32,000 bases of DNA from Candidatus Saccharimonadota bacterium (GCA_000503875.1 CP006913.1:480001-512000), one strand, 5' to 3'. Shown: positions 19,698 through 30,159, numbered from the stretch's first letter. The notes: a model not told the origin generated them from the letters alone. Numbers and translations are program-made.

Positions 19698-21644
19698 ATG
19701 CAAATCATCTCAGCAAACATTTCAAATATATTAAGTTTTCCTTATCAGGAACAATTTTCTGAAGAAAGAAAAATCCATTTTGATGTCAATAAAAAATGAT
19801 GATTAAACATTTTGATAGGTCCAAACGGATCAGGTAAAACGAATTTTTTGGAAATTATTACACAACTCATAAAAGTAGGATTAATCAAAGATTTCGTATA
19901 TACAGAAAATAATGGTATTCAAAACAGTATAATAGAAAATCAATGGCCACTAGAAAATATGATTCCTCATTTTTCTTATCAAGACAAACCATCAATCGTA
20001 GATATGGAATTTCATGTATCCGAAAATGACAAAGAAAATATGTTATTTATCCAAAAAAAACAAGAAATATTTTCAAAAATTATCGAAACATATTCAACAA
20101 CAAAATATAAGATTCCTGTATGTGATATAGAAAAAATCAAAAATCTTCAAACACTCCATATCCAATTCACTATAGACACAACAAATAAAACCGCACATAT
20201 TAGCAATAAATCCAAAAATAAAATTGAAAATTTTGCTATAGAATACCTAATATATCAAGAACTATTTCAAATAGCAATTATGATATATAACAACAATATT
20301 AAAAAATCTGATGAATTATGACGATATCCTTTAAAAAATACATTTGGACACCTTCATAACACAAGAAATTTCTATCATCTCAAAAAAGATATAGCGCAAC
20401 ACAATCTTCGAGACGATTTTATTAGCAAAAAAAATTACAGAGAAAATAATTCCTTATTGGGATATGCTTTATGCATCAAAAAGCTTCATAATATTATCAC
20501 ACATACTTCCGAGGAAAATAGAGATCAGAAGGAAGATAATTATAAACTAACAGAAGAAAATATTGAAAAAAAATTAGAAAATTCCCTTTTTTATACATCA
20601 CTCAAAAAGAGTATCAAAAAATATCTAAATCTTGAATTAAAAGTATCATACAAAAACGAACATATAGAACTTTATTTTATAAACACAACCTGACAAGAAC
20701 AAACACTTCATAGTATCAGTAATTGAGAACAATCATTACTTATTATATTACTTACTATTTATGGATTTGATCTCAAAGATGGTATACTTATTATTGATGA
20801 ACCTGAACTTCATTTTCATCCTCAAATGCAAAGAAGACTAGCAAAAATGTTAGAAAAGCTCAATCACAATATCGGTACACAGTGTATTATATCAACATAT
20901 TCCCCTATTTTTATTGATGAGAAAAACATTACTAACGTATATAGATTTAGCAAAAAAAGTTGAGAGACTCAAGTAAGAATACCAGATAAAACAATATGAC
21001 ATGATGAATCAAGCCTTATTCAGATTCTTAAATTTGAAAATGCAGCTAAAATATTTTTTGTAGATAAAATTATTATGGTAGAAGGAGAAATTGACGCTTA
21101 TTTCTTTGAACACTATTTGCAATATCTTCACAACTTACCGCAAGGAAAGTGAAAAGAAGTTATAACCAATTATGAAATTATCAATATCAACGGCAAAGGA
21201 TCTTACAAAAAGCGAAGTGCTTTTCTCAAAAAATTCTGAATAGAATCATATTTTATAGGAGATTGGGATAATATCGTAGATTACGGTTTTATCAGTCAAC
21301 AAGATCTTAATTTTTACTATAAACAAGCAAAAACATTTTATCATACCCACAAAAAAGACAAAGAAACAACAGATCGTTACTACGCAAAATTAGTAAATGC
21401 GGTAAAATATCTATATCCAAACAAATATAGCTCAATTTTGGAAAAAATAGATTTTCTTTATACAAAAAACGTTTTTATTTTAAAAAAAGGTGATATAGAA
21501 ACTTACCTTGGTATACAATCAAAATGATTAGAAGAGACTATAGCTTTTTGCCATAACTTCTTTGACGTGCGGTTACAAAACAAAAATTTAGCTGAACACA
21601 GAAAAGAACTAGACCATATTCTATTTACTATTTTTTCCCAATAG
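19698..21644 (+). CDS. OLD-family nuclease: ABC-type ATPase plus C-terminal Toprim domain, 648 aa
   Basis: Walker A LIGPNGSGKTNFLE; ABC signature SISNGEQS (G is TGA 20724-20726); Walker B ILIIDEPELHFHP. Toprim Glu in IIMVEGEID and DxD in FIGDWDN. Three track fragments plus gaps form one frame, ending at TAG 21642-21644. Confidence 0.85.
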
Positions 21645-22326
21645 CATTAACATCAAGAAAATCTGTATGATTATGATGATAAACGTGCTGATTAACAGGT
21701 TGTTTTTTTTCTGGAATTATTACTTTTTGCTGGTCTGAAACAGTCATTCATTCAGATAACTTTGACAGATATTGATCTAAATCAGTAATAGCTATCTCTT
21801 GTATTTTTTTCTTAAGATGAATTATTAGAAGATCTTTTTCTCTAACTATTTTATCTTTTTCCATAATAAGAAAAAACATTTTATTTACGACTTCTCTTAA
21901 AATTTTTTGATTTTTTTCTTCCAAAGATCAAATAACACTATCTTTTTGTTGTAATAAAAAATCTTTTTCTTTAATAAGATTTAATATTTTACCATCTAAA
22001 AGCTTTTCCAATGATTCTTCAAAATCAAAAGAAAAATCATTAGTTTCCTTATTTCAAGAAGTATTTCTATCATATAAATCAAAACAAACATCTTTCATTA
22101 AACAATCCATTTCTTCTTTAAATTTAGAAACTTCTCTAATTACTTCCCTAGGAATAGCTTCTTTTTGTGAATTCTTTACAATATCTTGTATTTTTTGGTC
22201 TTTAATATAAGCCAATTCCTGTCTAAATTTAAACCATTGAAAAAATCTTATGATAAGTCCTATCAAAAGAAAAAAAAGTAAAATTCATGAGAAAATAAGC
22301 CAAAAATCAAACCAATCTATTTTCAT
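21628..22326 (-). CDS. N-terminally membrane-anchored coiled-coil protein, 232 aa
   Basis: MKIDWFDFWLIFSGILLFFLLIGLIIRFF is a TM segment, followed by a heptad-rich Lys/Glu region. I checked triplet by triplet and found no in-frame TAA/TAG on the minus strand. The 3' end overlaps the OLD gene by 17 nt. Confidence 0.6.
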
Positions 22327-22393
22327 AAAAAAAGCTTAAAAGATAAACTCCTTTAAGCTGTTATATATATTAGTAACAAAAAGTCAACTACTT

Positions 22394-22957
22394 CTATTTA
22401 AAAAACAAAAATCAAGCAATAATAAGAAATACTAATGTTAAACCTATTAAAATCAGATTTATAAGTTTTTCATTTTTAATAGAAGATTTTAATTGAGAAA
22501 TTTTTTCTTCAAGCTTTTGTTTTTCTATAATAGCTTCTTGTTTTTCTCTTGTATAATCAGGCAAAGCTACCATATTTTGAATTTTAGTTTCTAATTCTCC
22601 TACTCTTTGCTGTAAAACGAAGATAATTTTATTCTTTTCTTCAAGCATTTTATCTTTTTCTCTAAAAATCAAGAAAAATTTTTCTAATTTTTGTTCTATC
22701 ATGGCTTCCAATTGTGGATTTGATTTTGCTAGTCCTGTTGATGATGAAGATTGACTAATAACTTCAGTTTCTACTTCTTGATGTAAAGCAGAAAAATCCT
22801 TTTTAAGATCATATACCTCCCCTTTTTCCAACAATACTTTGTTAGCAACTTTTTTATATGAAAGTTTTCCACTTCTGATATATCTATCTATTGTTCTTGT
22901 AGAAATACCAAGTAATTGCGCCGCAGCTTCTCTAGTAATAGTATACACTTTTGCCAT
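22394..22957 (-). CDS. Excisionase/MerR-type HTH protein with coiled coil and C-terminal membrane anchor, 187 aa
   Basis: The N-terminus YTITREAAAQLLGISTRTIDRYIRSGKLSYKKV is an HTH_17-like motif. It has a central coiled coil, and the C-terminus LINLILIGLTLVFLIIAGFLFFK is hydrophobic. Confidence 0.7.
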
Positions 22958-22978
22958 TTATAAATACAAAAAATAAAA

Positions 22979-23227
22979 TTATAAATTAAATTTTTGCGGT
23001 TCTTGTTTTTTTATATCATCAATAAGTGATTTAACATACAAAACAATCAAACAGCCTTCTAAAACACCAAGAAAAAGCATTATAGGATAAATTCCTACGA
23101 AGGTCCATTCACTATTAAAAAACGCAATAGCACCTGTTTGAACTCAGATGTTTTGGAAATAAGGAATCCAAAGAAGAATAAAGATTATAACAATAAACCA
23201 TAAATACGTTACATTTCCTTTTTTCAT
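22979..23227 (-). CDS. Small two-TM membrane protein (LapA/DUF1049-like), 82 aa
   Basis: MKKGNVTYLWFIVIIFILLWIPYF...FVGIYPIMLFLGVLEGCLIVLYV, then a charged tail. Its start lies 5 nt after the stop of the upstream gene. Confidence 0.5.
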
Positions 23228-23231
23228 TTTT

Positions 23232-23612
23232 TTATATTTTTTTAACTAAAAAATAAACAAAACTCAATAAACATGAAAGAACAAAAACCTGAACTACATT
23301 TCACAAGATAATATATATTCAAAGATCAAGATAGTTAACAAATTGTTCGAATACATATAATAGAACAAAATTTAGAATCAAAGAAAATATACCAAATGTT
23401 AATGCAGAAATAGGTAAAGTAAGTAGTCCAAGAATTCATTTAAGAACAATATTAATAAGCCAAGAAATTATTCCCAAAAAGAGATAAATAATAATATCAT
23501 TAGCGTATTCTGATTGCAAAGAAAACCCTAGTCATGGAAAGTAATGAGCCATAACATAAAGTAATCCAGATCCAAAGACAACATACAAAACAAAATGTTT
23601 GATATATTTCAT
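23232..23612 (-). CDS. Phage-holin-superfamily-IV / YvlD(DUF360)-like membrane protein, 126 aa
   Basis: Four hydrophobic segments with the family-typical ILGLLTLPISALTFGIFSLILNFVLLYV core. Confidence 0.6.
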
Positions 23613-23734
23613 TCTAAAAATGAACCGAATAAAAGAATAGATATTTGTCCACTATTTTCAAGACATTTTGTCAACTTTTGTCATCTCAGATAAACAGAAA
23701 GACAAATACAAAGAGATAAGCAACAATATAGACA

Positions 23735-24139
23735 TTAATCCCCAATAATATCATCAAAAACATCTTCTTTTCCATCCTCAAGATACTTATGAATAGCATT
23801 TCTAGAAGCCAATAAAGCAATTACTGCCGCCCTCTTTCTTCTTGGCGAAACTTCAAATCACAAAGAAAGTATTTTAGAATAATCCCGAGTAAGAACTTCA
23901 TGAATATCAATTCAGACAATTATCTCTGACAATATACTTGCAGCAGCCGTTGTTATAGTTGAACAATTACCATCAAAGCTATATGCATGAACAATATTAT
24001 TCTCTATATGAAGATAAACAGTGATATCATCTCAACAAATAAAATTTCCTTCATGTTGTTTGATAGTATAATCTTTCATAGCAAAATTACAGAGTGGGTT
24101 TTTCGCATATTCCTGGATCATTACACTCAATTCTTCCAT
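23735..24139 (-). CDS. NifU/IscU/SufU-like Fe-S cluster scaffold, 134 aa
   Basis: EYAKNPLCNF...NFICGDDITVYLHIENNIVHAYSFDGNCSTITTAAASILSEIIVG fits the xCGD...F.G.GC...A.AS scaffold pattern. Confidence 0.75.
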
Positions 24140-24155
24140 AAAAAAGTATTAAAAA

Positions 24156-24437
24156 TTAAACGTAATCAAGTCTAATAAATAGATGATTAACCAGTTGTTT
24201 CAATAAGAAAATAAGTTTATTACTAAGCTCTATAAATCATTTTACACAGACAATTTGAAATTCTTGAATTTGATGAGCTATTTGTTGAACAGACAAGAAA
24301 AACTTATTAGAATTGATTTCTAGAACAACATCATAAAAAGAATCCTCACAACAAGAGAAAGTTGCTTTGATATTCTTGAGATAAACTGTTCTTTGTTGGA
24401 GAAAATCTTGATCCATAAGAGTTTTTTGAATAATCAT
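24156..24437 (-). CDS. Hypothetical protein, 93 aa, likely co-transcribed with the scaffold gene
   Basis: Track ORF 24237..24437 extends through a TGA to TAA (plus-strand 24156-24158). Its stop lies 16 nt upstream of the scaffold-gene start. Confidence 0.45.
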
Positions 24438-24592
24438 TCAGTCAACAAAAAAATAAAGGTGAATTTTTTGTATCGTTTTACCCAAAAATTACAACAGAAA
24501 ATTTATTAGAATTTTAAGAGAAAAATCGTCTTGATTTTTATGGAAATATCATTATTTTTTTACAAAGGATTTTATCGGTAATAAAGCGTTAT

Positions 24593-25360
24593 ATGAAAAA
24601 TCAATATTTCGACATTGTTGTTAAAAAAATATGAAAATATAAAAACAAATTATTAGAAATAGAAAAAATCAAAGATATTATCAAAAATATACTAGATTCA
24701 GAGTATTCTGAACAAAAAACCTACAAGATGATCTACTATCTTAAAAATAGGGGCTATATAGAGAGTCTTAAAAAAGATATTTTTTTTATAAAAAGTCCAG
24801 AAAAGACTTATCAAGAGCAAGAACTTGTCGGAAAATTTTATCGAGAAATACTTAAGAAGCATTGTAATGAATATCTTCAAGGAAAACGATATATATGAGG
24901 TTTAAAAGCACTAGAACTAAATATTTCATCTTTTGAAATACCAGAAGAAATCCTCATAGTAAACATGAAAAAACAAGCAACTGAAGTAATTATAGGACAA
25001 AAAAAAGGGTTGTTTAAAACCTATGGATCAAATCAGAAGAATCTTTTTCCTTTATTTTACAAATACACAAAGAAAATACCTATAAATAACCAGTTATATC
25101 CGGTAGCAAATTTAGAATTATCAATAATAGAGACACTTTACAACCAATCCATCATCAACAAAGGATATGGAGAAGAATTAATCAAAAAAATCATCAGAAA
25201 ATTAGGGAAATCAATTAATATAAAAGTATTAGAAGAGTTTTTAAAGCATAATAAACACCATAGCGCTATTAATAAACTTTACAAAGTAAGCCAGACAATC
25301 AATCCAACACTTGCAGATGAGCTCAAAACAATTATTAAAAAATATAGTTATTTCATATAA
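24593..25360 (+). CDS. Winged-helix protein resembling AbiEi-type (type IV TA antitoxin-like) regulators, 255 aa
   Basis: N-terminal wHTH-like KTYKMIYYLKNRGYIESLKKDIFF, then YIGGLKALELNISSFEIPEEILIV, which resembles the AbiEi pattern. The assignment is weak and no AbiEii partner is present. Confidence 0.35.
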
Positions 25361-26202
25361 GAGGATTTTTTTAGAGAACGATACATAAGAAAAATTCCTA
25401 TAATAAAGAAAAGGACAAAAAACCGCTGACTCTTAGTTAAAAAAGCTACATATTCTGATTGACTATCCATTCTTAGATATTCTAAGAAGAATCTTACGAA
25501 TGAGTACCAAACAAGAAAAAAAGATGACAGAAAGCCAATAGTTCGTCTGTTTTTTTTCAAAGAAACAAATAAAACAATACTAGAAAATAGTAAAACAACA
25601 AACCCCTCAAAAAAACTAGCCAAAAAATTAGTATTTATTCTCAAAAATCAATCAACACGGTCATAAATATAAAATAGATGAATATACGAAAAAAACGATA
25701 CGATATGAGATCAAAGAGATGGAAAAACATCAGTAACCAAACGTCCATATAATTCCTGATTTAAAAAATTACCAATTCTTCAAAACATTATTCCAAATGA
25801 AGTAGGCAAAATAAGTAAATCTGCCAAAGTCCAAAAATCACGAAAAGAAAATTTATATTTACGAATAATAAATAATAAAGCGGTTATAACTCATAAAATA
25901 CCACCTATAAATGACATTCACCCCTCCCAAATAGCAAAAACGCGTAAAGGATGTTCTAAGTAATAACTAAAATCATAAATAAAGATATGTCCTAATCTTC
26001 ATCAAACAAGAAGTCATAAGACAGTATACAAAACAATATCCTCTGGAGATTTTTGTAATAAACTATAAAAACCTGGAGCATATTTTTCAAAAAAAGAATA
26101 CCTTTTAATATACATAAAAAACAGATATCCAGCAAGAAAAGCAAGAAAATAGAAAATACCATACCAATAAATCGAAATTCAAAACAAAGAAAAAGCTACC
26201 AT
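25348..26202 (-). CDS. lgt: Prolipoprotein diacylglyceryl transferase, 284 aa
   Basis: GGRLGHIFIY, IWEGGMSFIGGILG, FGRIGNFLNQELYG, VRFFLEYLR. Several of the Gly residues are TGA-encoded. Confidence 0.9.
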
Positions 26203-26266
26203 AAGAAAAAGGATATGAAATAAGACATATCCCTTTTATAGATTTATTTAAAAACTTCAACAAAGA

Positions 26267-26989
26267 TTATAAATCATATTTTTCTAACATATGTTTAATC
26301 AAAATTAAACGTTCCAAAACATCATTTTTCATAAGATCGTAATTTTCTACAATATCGTCGTTATGGCTTGATAAGTAATCATATTTAATTTTTAGTATAG
26401 AACTATAAGCAGCAATTTTATCTGCTAAAACTTTTTTTGCATTATAATCTATTTTTGCATCAGAAGCACATTTTGCATATTCTTTTGAATGATCAATAGC
26501 TTCTTGTAAAAGTATTTGCTGATAAGGAGATTGTACAGCATCAAGATACTGCTTATCTGAAATTATCTTTTGAGATAAACAATGTTTCATAGAATAATCC
26601 AATAAAGACATTTCTTCTTTTATAGTAGATAATGCCATATCTGATTCTAATAAATAAGTATCCAAACGAGAAACATAATCATCCATAACTGTTTTTTTAT
26701 CTATTTCAAATTCTAAAAGTTCCAAAATATTATAAGTAGTAATATCCTTTAATGAAAGAATTAAACGAGCATATTCATATGAAGACGATAAATCAGATGT
26801 AGATCAATGAGCCAAAATCATATGCATACGATACAAATTAAATCATAAAGCTAGCGGCGAAGAAAAAGCCTCTTGTTCTTCTTGAGCAATAGGATCGTAA
26901 ATAACTTCTTGAACTCTAGAAATGTTCATTTGGGCAAATAAACTCAAAGGAATACTAATTAAAACAAATCAAAGAAGATATTTTTTCAT
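26267..26989 (-). CDS. Secreted hypothetical protein, 240 aa, directly downstream of pilC
   Basis: Signal peptide MKKYLLGFVLISIPLSLFAQ. Frame verified triplet by triplet from 26989 to track ORF 26267..26725. Separated from pilC by a 21-nt gap. Confidence 0.6.
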
Positions 26990-27010
26990 AATAATATTAT
27001 TAGAAATAAA

Positions 27011-28090
27011 TTATTGCATTACATTAACCATATCTGCCATAGGAATAAATATAGATCCTACAACTATTCAGATAATAACAGCAATAAATGCCATCAAAAA
27101 CGGTTCCAATAAAGCAAGGAGCATATCTATTTTATTCTGAAGCAATTCACGATAAAATGTGGATATTCTTTTTAGTACATCTGCCATATTTCATGTATTT
27201 TCTCAAACACTAATAATCTGTATCAAAATAGGATCGAAAAGTGTTGATCATTCCATAGATTCAGCCATTCAAAATCCAGATTTCATATCACTTTGAATTT
27301 CCAATACCTTCTTTTTATAATGAAAATTAGAAAAAACATTAGCTATAAGCTTTAAAGAGACAACAGGACTTATTCCCCCACTATATAATTGTCAAAGTAA
27401 TTTGGAATATCTATACATATGAAATGTTTTAACAACATCAGAAACAACAGGTACGCTAATCAATATTTTATCTATGATAATTTTAAACGGTAAGAAAAAT
27501 TTATATAATAACGTATATGAAGAATATATTCATCCTACTGTTAAAAGAATTACATACCAATAATTTTTAATAAAATCTGAAGTATCTAACATAAAAACAG
27601 TTATTGAAGGCAACGAATCCTGACTAGGAAACATTCCAACTATAGTAGGGATAACAAAAAGAAGGAGGATAACGACAGCTATAATAGAGAACGAAAGCAA
27701 AACCATAGGATAAGTACTTGCTTTTTTGATTTTTTGATTAATTTTTTGTTCATTTTCCAAATCTTCTGATATTTCCTCAAGTACATCTGGTAAATTTCCA
27801 ATAGCTTCAGCCGATGTAATAAGTGATATTTCTTCTTCTTTAAATATATACATATGATTACGTAATGTAGAAGAAAAATTAACTCCTTGATTAAGTTGTT
27901 CTATCATATCATCAATAATATACAGTAGTCCAGCTTGTTTTTCTGTCTTTTTTATAGAAATCAAAGAATCTCTAATTCCCAGACCTGCTTTTTGTGATAA
28001 TGCAAGCAATCTAAAAAAATTCGTTTTATTTTTTAAACTTGGTGCATTAAATCTAATATATAATCATTGTAATAATTCTCAAATAGACAT
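27011..28090 (-). CDS. pilC: Type II secretion system F-family / type IV pilus platform protein, 359 aa
   Basis: Two GspF repeats (SLITSAEAIGNLPDVLEEIS...; LIQIISVGENTGNMADVLKRIS...) and three TM segments. Track ORF 27530..28009 is the internal fragment. Confidence 0.85.
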
Positions 28091-28117
28091 AGATACAATA
28101 GGTAATTAAAATTAAAG

Positions 28118-29434
28118 CTATTCTGCTTTTGTTTTTACATTTTCATATACTTCTTGAAGCGTAATATGTCATTGAATTGCTTTAAAAACACCATCTCTTT
28201 CAAGATTAATCATTCCATGTTGAAGTGCATATGCTTCTACTTCAAAAGCAGATTTACCTGCCAAAAGAAGTGTTTTGAGATCATCTGTATAATCCATCAT
28301 TTCAAAAAGTCAGATTCTTCATTTACATCAAGATCAATGACAAACAGGACATACTAATCATGTTTCTGGATCTTTTCCAGTTCCCGTCATAATCATTCCT
28401 TCGTTAATAAAAGAATTTCGTTGTTCTTGTGTTATATTTCTACTAATGATTTCTTTTTTCAAAAGCTCTGGAATAATATTTTTAAAACTAGATACTGCAA
28501 AACGATGTTGAGGTGTTCCTTTTACAGAAGTTGCTTGTTTACAATGATAACATACTTTTCTTGCCAATCTTTCTGCCATAACAAGATTAAAAGTACCAGC
28601 CAACATATACGGCTTTGCACCAAGATTAAATACCCTAGTAATAGTTTCAGCTGATGAATTTGTATGTATTGTAGAAAATACTAAATGTCAGGTCATAGCA
28701 GCTTCCATAGCCATATCCAATGTTTCTCTATCACGGATTTCTCACACCATAATAATATCTGGATCTTGTCTCAGCGCTCATCTCAAACCATTTGCAAAAG
28801 TAAATCAAATATCAGTTCTAACCTGAGCTTGATTTAAACCAGGCATTTTATTTTCGACAGGATCTTCATAGGTGATAATATTTACTTCTGGTTTATTAAT
28901 ATAATCAAGAGCAGCATACAATGTTGTTGTTTTTCCAGATCCCGTAGGACCAGTCATCAAAATAATTCCATTAGGATAATCCAAATGTTTATTGATAATA
29001 TCCTTATTAGAACCATCAATTCCAAGTTCATGCAAAGGAGGAATTTTTTTTGATTTATCTACAATACGCATTACCAATTTTTCTCACCAAACCGTAGGTA
29101 ACGTATTTGCACGAAGATCTATTTCTTTATTTGTTTGTGTTATACTAGAAACTCTAGCATCTTGTGGAAGCCTTTTTTCATCAGGCCTCATTTGACCAGA
29201 CTCAATTTTGAATTTAGAAATAATACTTTCATGAAGATTTCTAGGAAATTGCATCAATTCTTCTAAAATACCATCAATTCTAATTCTAATTCTAGAATAG
29301 TTTTCCAAAGGTTCTATGTGAATATCAGATGCTCACTCCTCAACCGCGACGGTCAACAAGTTATCAAAAATTTTAACAACATCTGAGTCTACAATAGCTT
29401 GCGTTAGTCTTTGTCTATAATCAACAGTAACCAT
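28118..29434 (-). CDS. pilB: Type IV pilus / T2SS assembly ATPase (GspE/PilB family, short form), 438 aa
   Basis: ASDIHIEP, Walker A MTGPTGSGKTTTLYA, Asp box, Walker B DPDIIMVGEIRD, His box TGHLVFSTIHTN. Tetracysteine motif CYHC...CPVCHGSGCKGRIG. Assembled from four track fragments. Confidence 0.92.
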
Positions 29435-29619
29435 ATACGAACATACGTAAAATAATAAAATACATACAATAGATATTCATCTAAGTATATTCAGAAAGCT
29501 TTTAAAAAACAAAAAATCTGACTATCAATTACTATATACACTTGCTTTTTGGGGTAAAAGTGATTAAATAAGGTTTTATATACATTTCAAAACAATTATT
29601 TTATCCACAACGTCGAAAA

Positions 29620-30003
29620 ATGAATAGAGAACGAACGCTTATTTTCTGAATTATTATTGGACTTCTCATAGGATATCTCATAGCAAGAATATATTTTTTT
29701 ATAAAAATAAAACACCAACGCCAAGATGCAGTTACAAGATCTCGCAATGTTGTTCTTGGTAATGTAAACGAAAAAATAGCTCCCCTTCTCCCAGGTTTTC
29801 CTTATCATTACAAGGATTTAATGTTTTTGGGGAAATGAATAGATTATATTGTTTTTGACTGATTAAGTCATTGAAATTTAACAAAAATAGTTTTCCTTGA
29901 AATTAAAACTAATTCCTCTACCCTCAACAGAAATGAAACAATGATAAAACAATGTATCGAACAAAAAAAGGTTGAATATCAAATTTATAGGAAGATAGTT
30001 TAA
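29620..30003 (+). CDS. Membrane-anchored Holliday-junction-resolvase-like endonuclease-fold protein (PF10107-like), 127 aa
   Basis: N-terminal TM segment, then KDLMFLGKGIDYIVFDG...IVFLEIKTNSSTLNRNE, which fits a D...E-x-K nuclease-fold pattern. The last 15 nt overlap the tRNA. Confidence 0.55.
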
Positions 30004-30059
30004 TGGTAAAATACAAGACTCCGAATCCTGTGTTGTAGGTTCGATTCCTACTCTTCCTG
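29989..30059 (+). tRNA. tRNA with anticodon CCG on a tRNA-Trp-like body (candidate CGG-to-Trp decoder)
   Basis: Hand-folded cloverleaf. Acceptor AGGAAGA/TCTTCCT; D stem GTTT/AAAT with loop AATGGTA. Anticodon stem CAAGA/TCCTG (one A-C mismatch) with loop CTCCGAA (CCG at 30021-30023). Variable region TGTT; T arm GTAGG-TTCGATT-CCTAC; discriminator G; no encoded CCA. Confidence 0.9.
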
Positions 30060-30159
30060 AATAGCAAATAAATATTGACATTTTAAATGTAAAATAAAAA
30101 GAGATATAGATAAAATTCTATATATAAATACAATTTTTTACCAAAAAATATGTCTACAT

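Noticed and set aside
29601-29609. A perfect DnaA-box consensus TTATCCACA, with dnaN elsewhere in the window, as a hint of oriC.
   Set aside because: It is a single isolated box lying 11 nt upstream of the 29620 start codon. No cluster of boxes is present, dnaA is absent, and dnaN is flanked by uppS and a pilin gene.
29878-30081. Minus-strand ORF containing GRVGIEPTT.
   Set aside because: This is the typical spurious translation antisense to a tRNA T-arm. The locus is the CCG tRNA.
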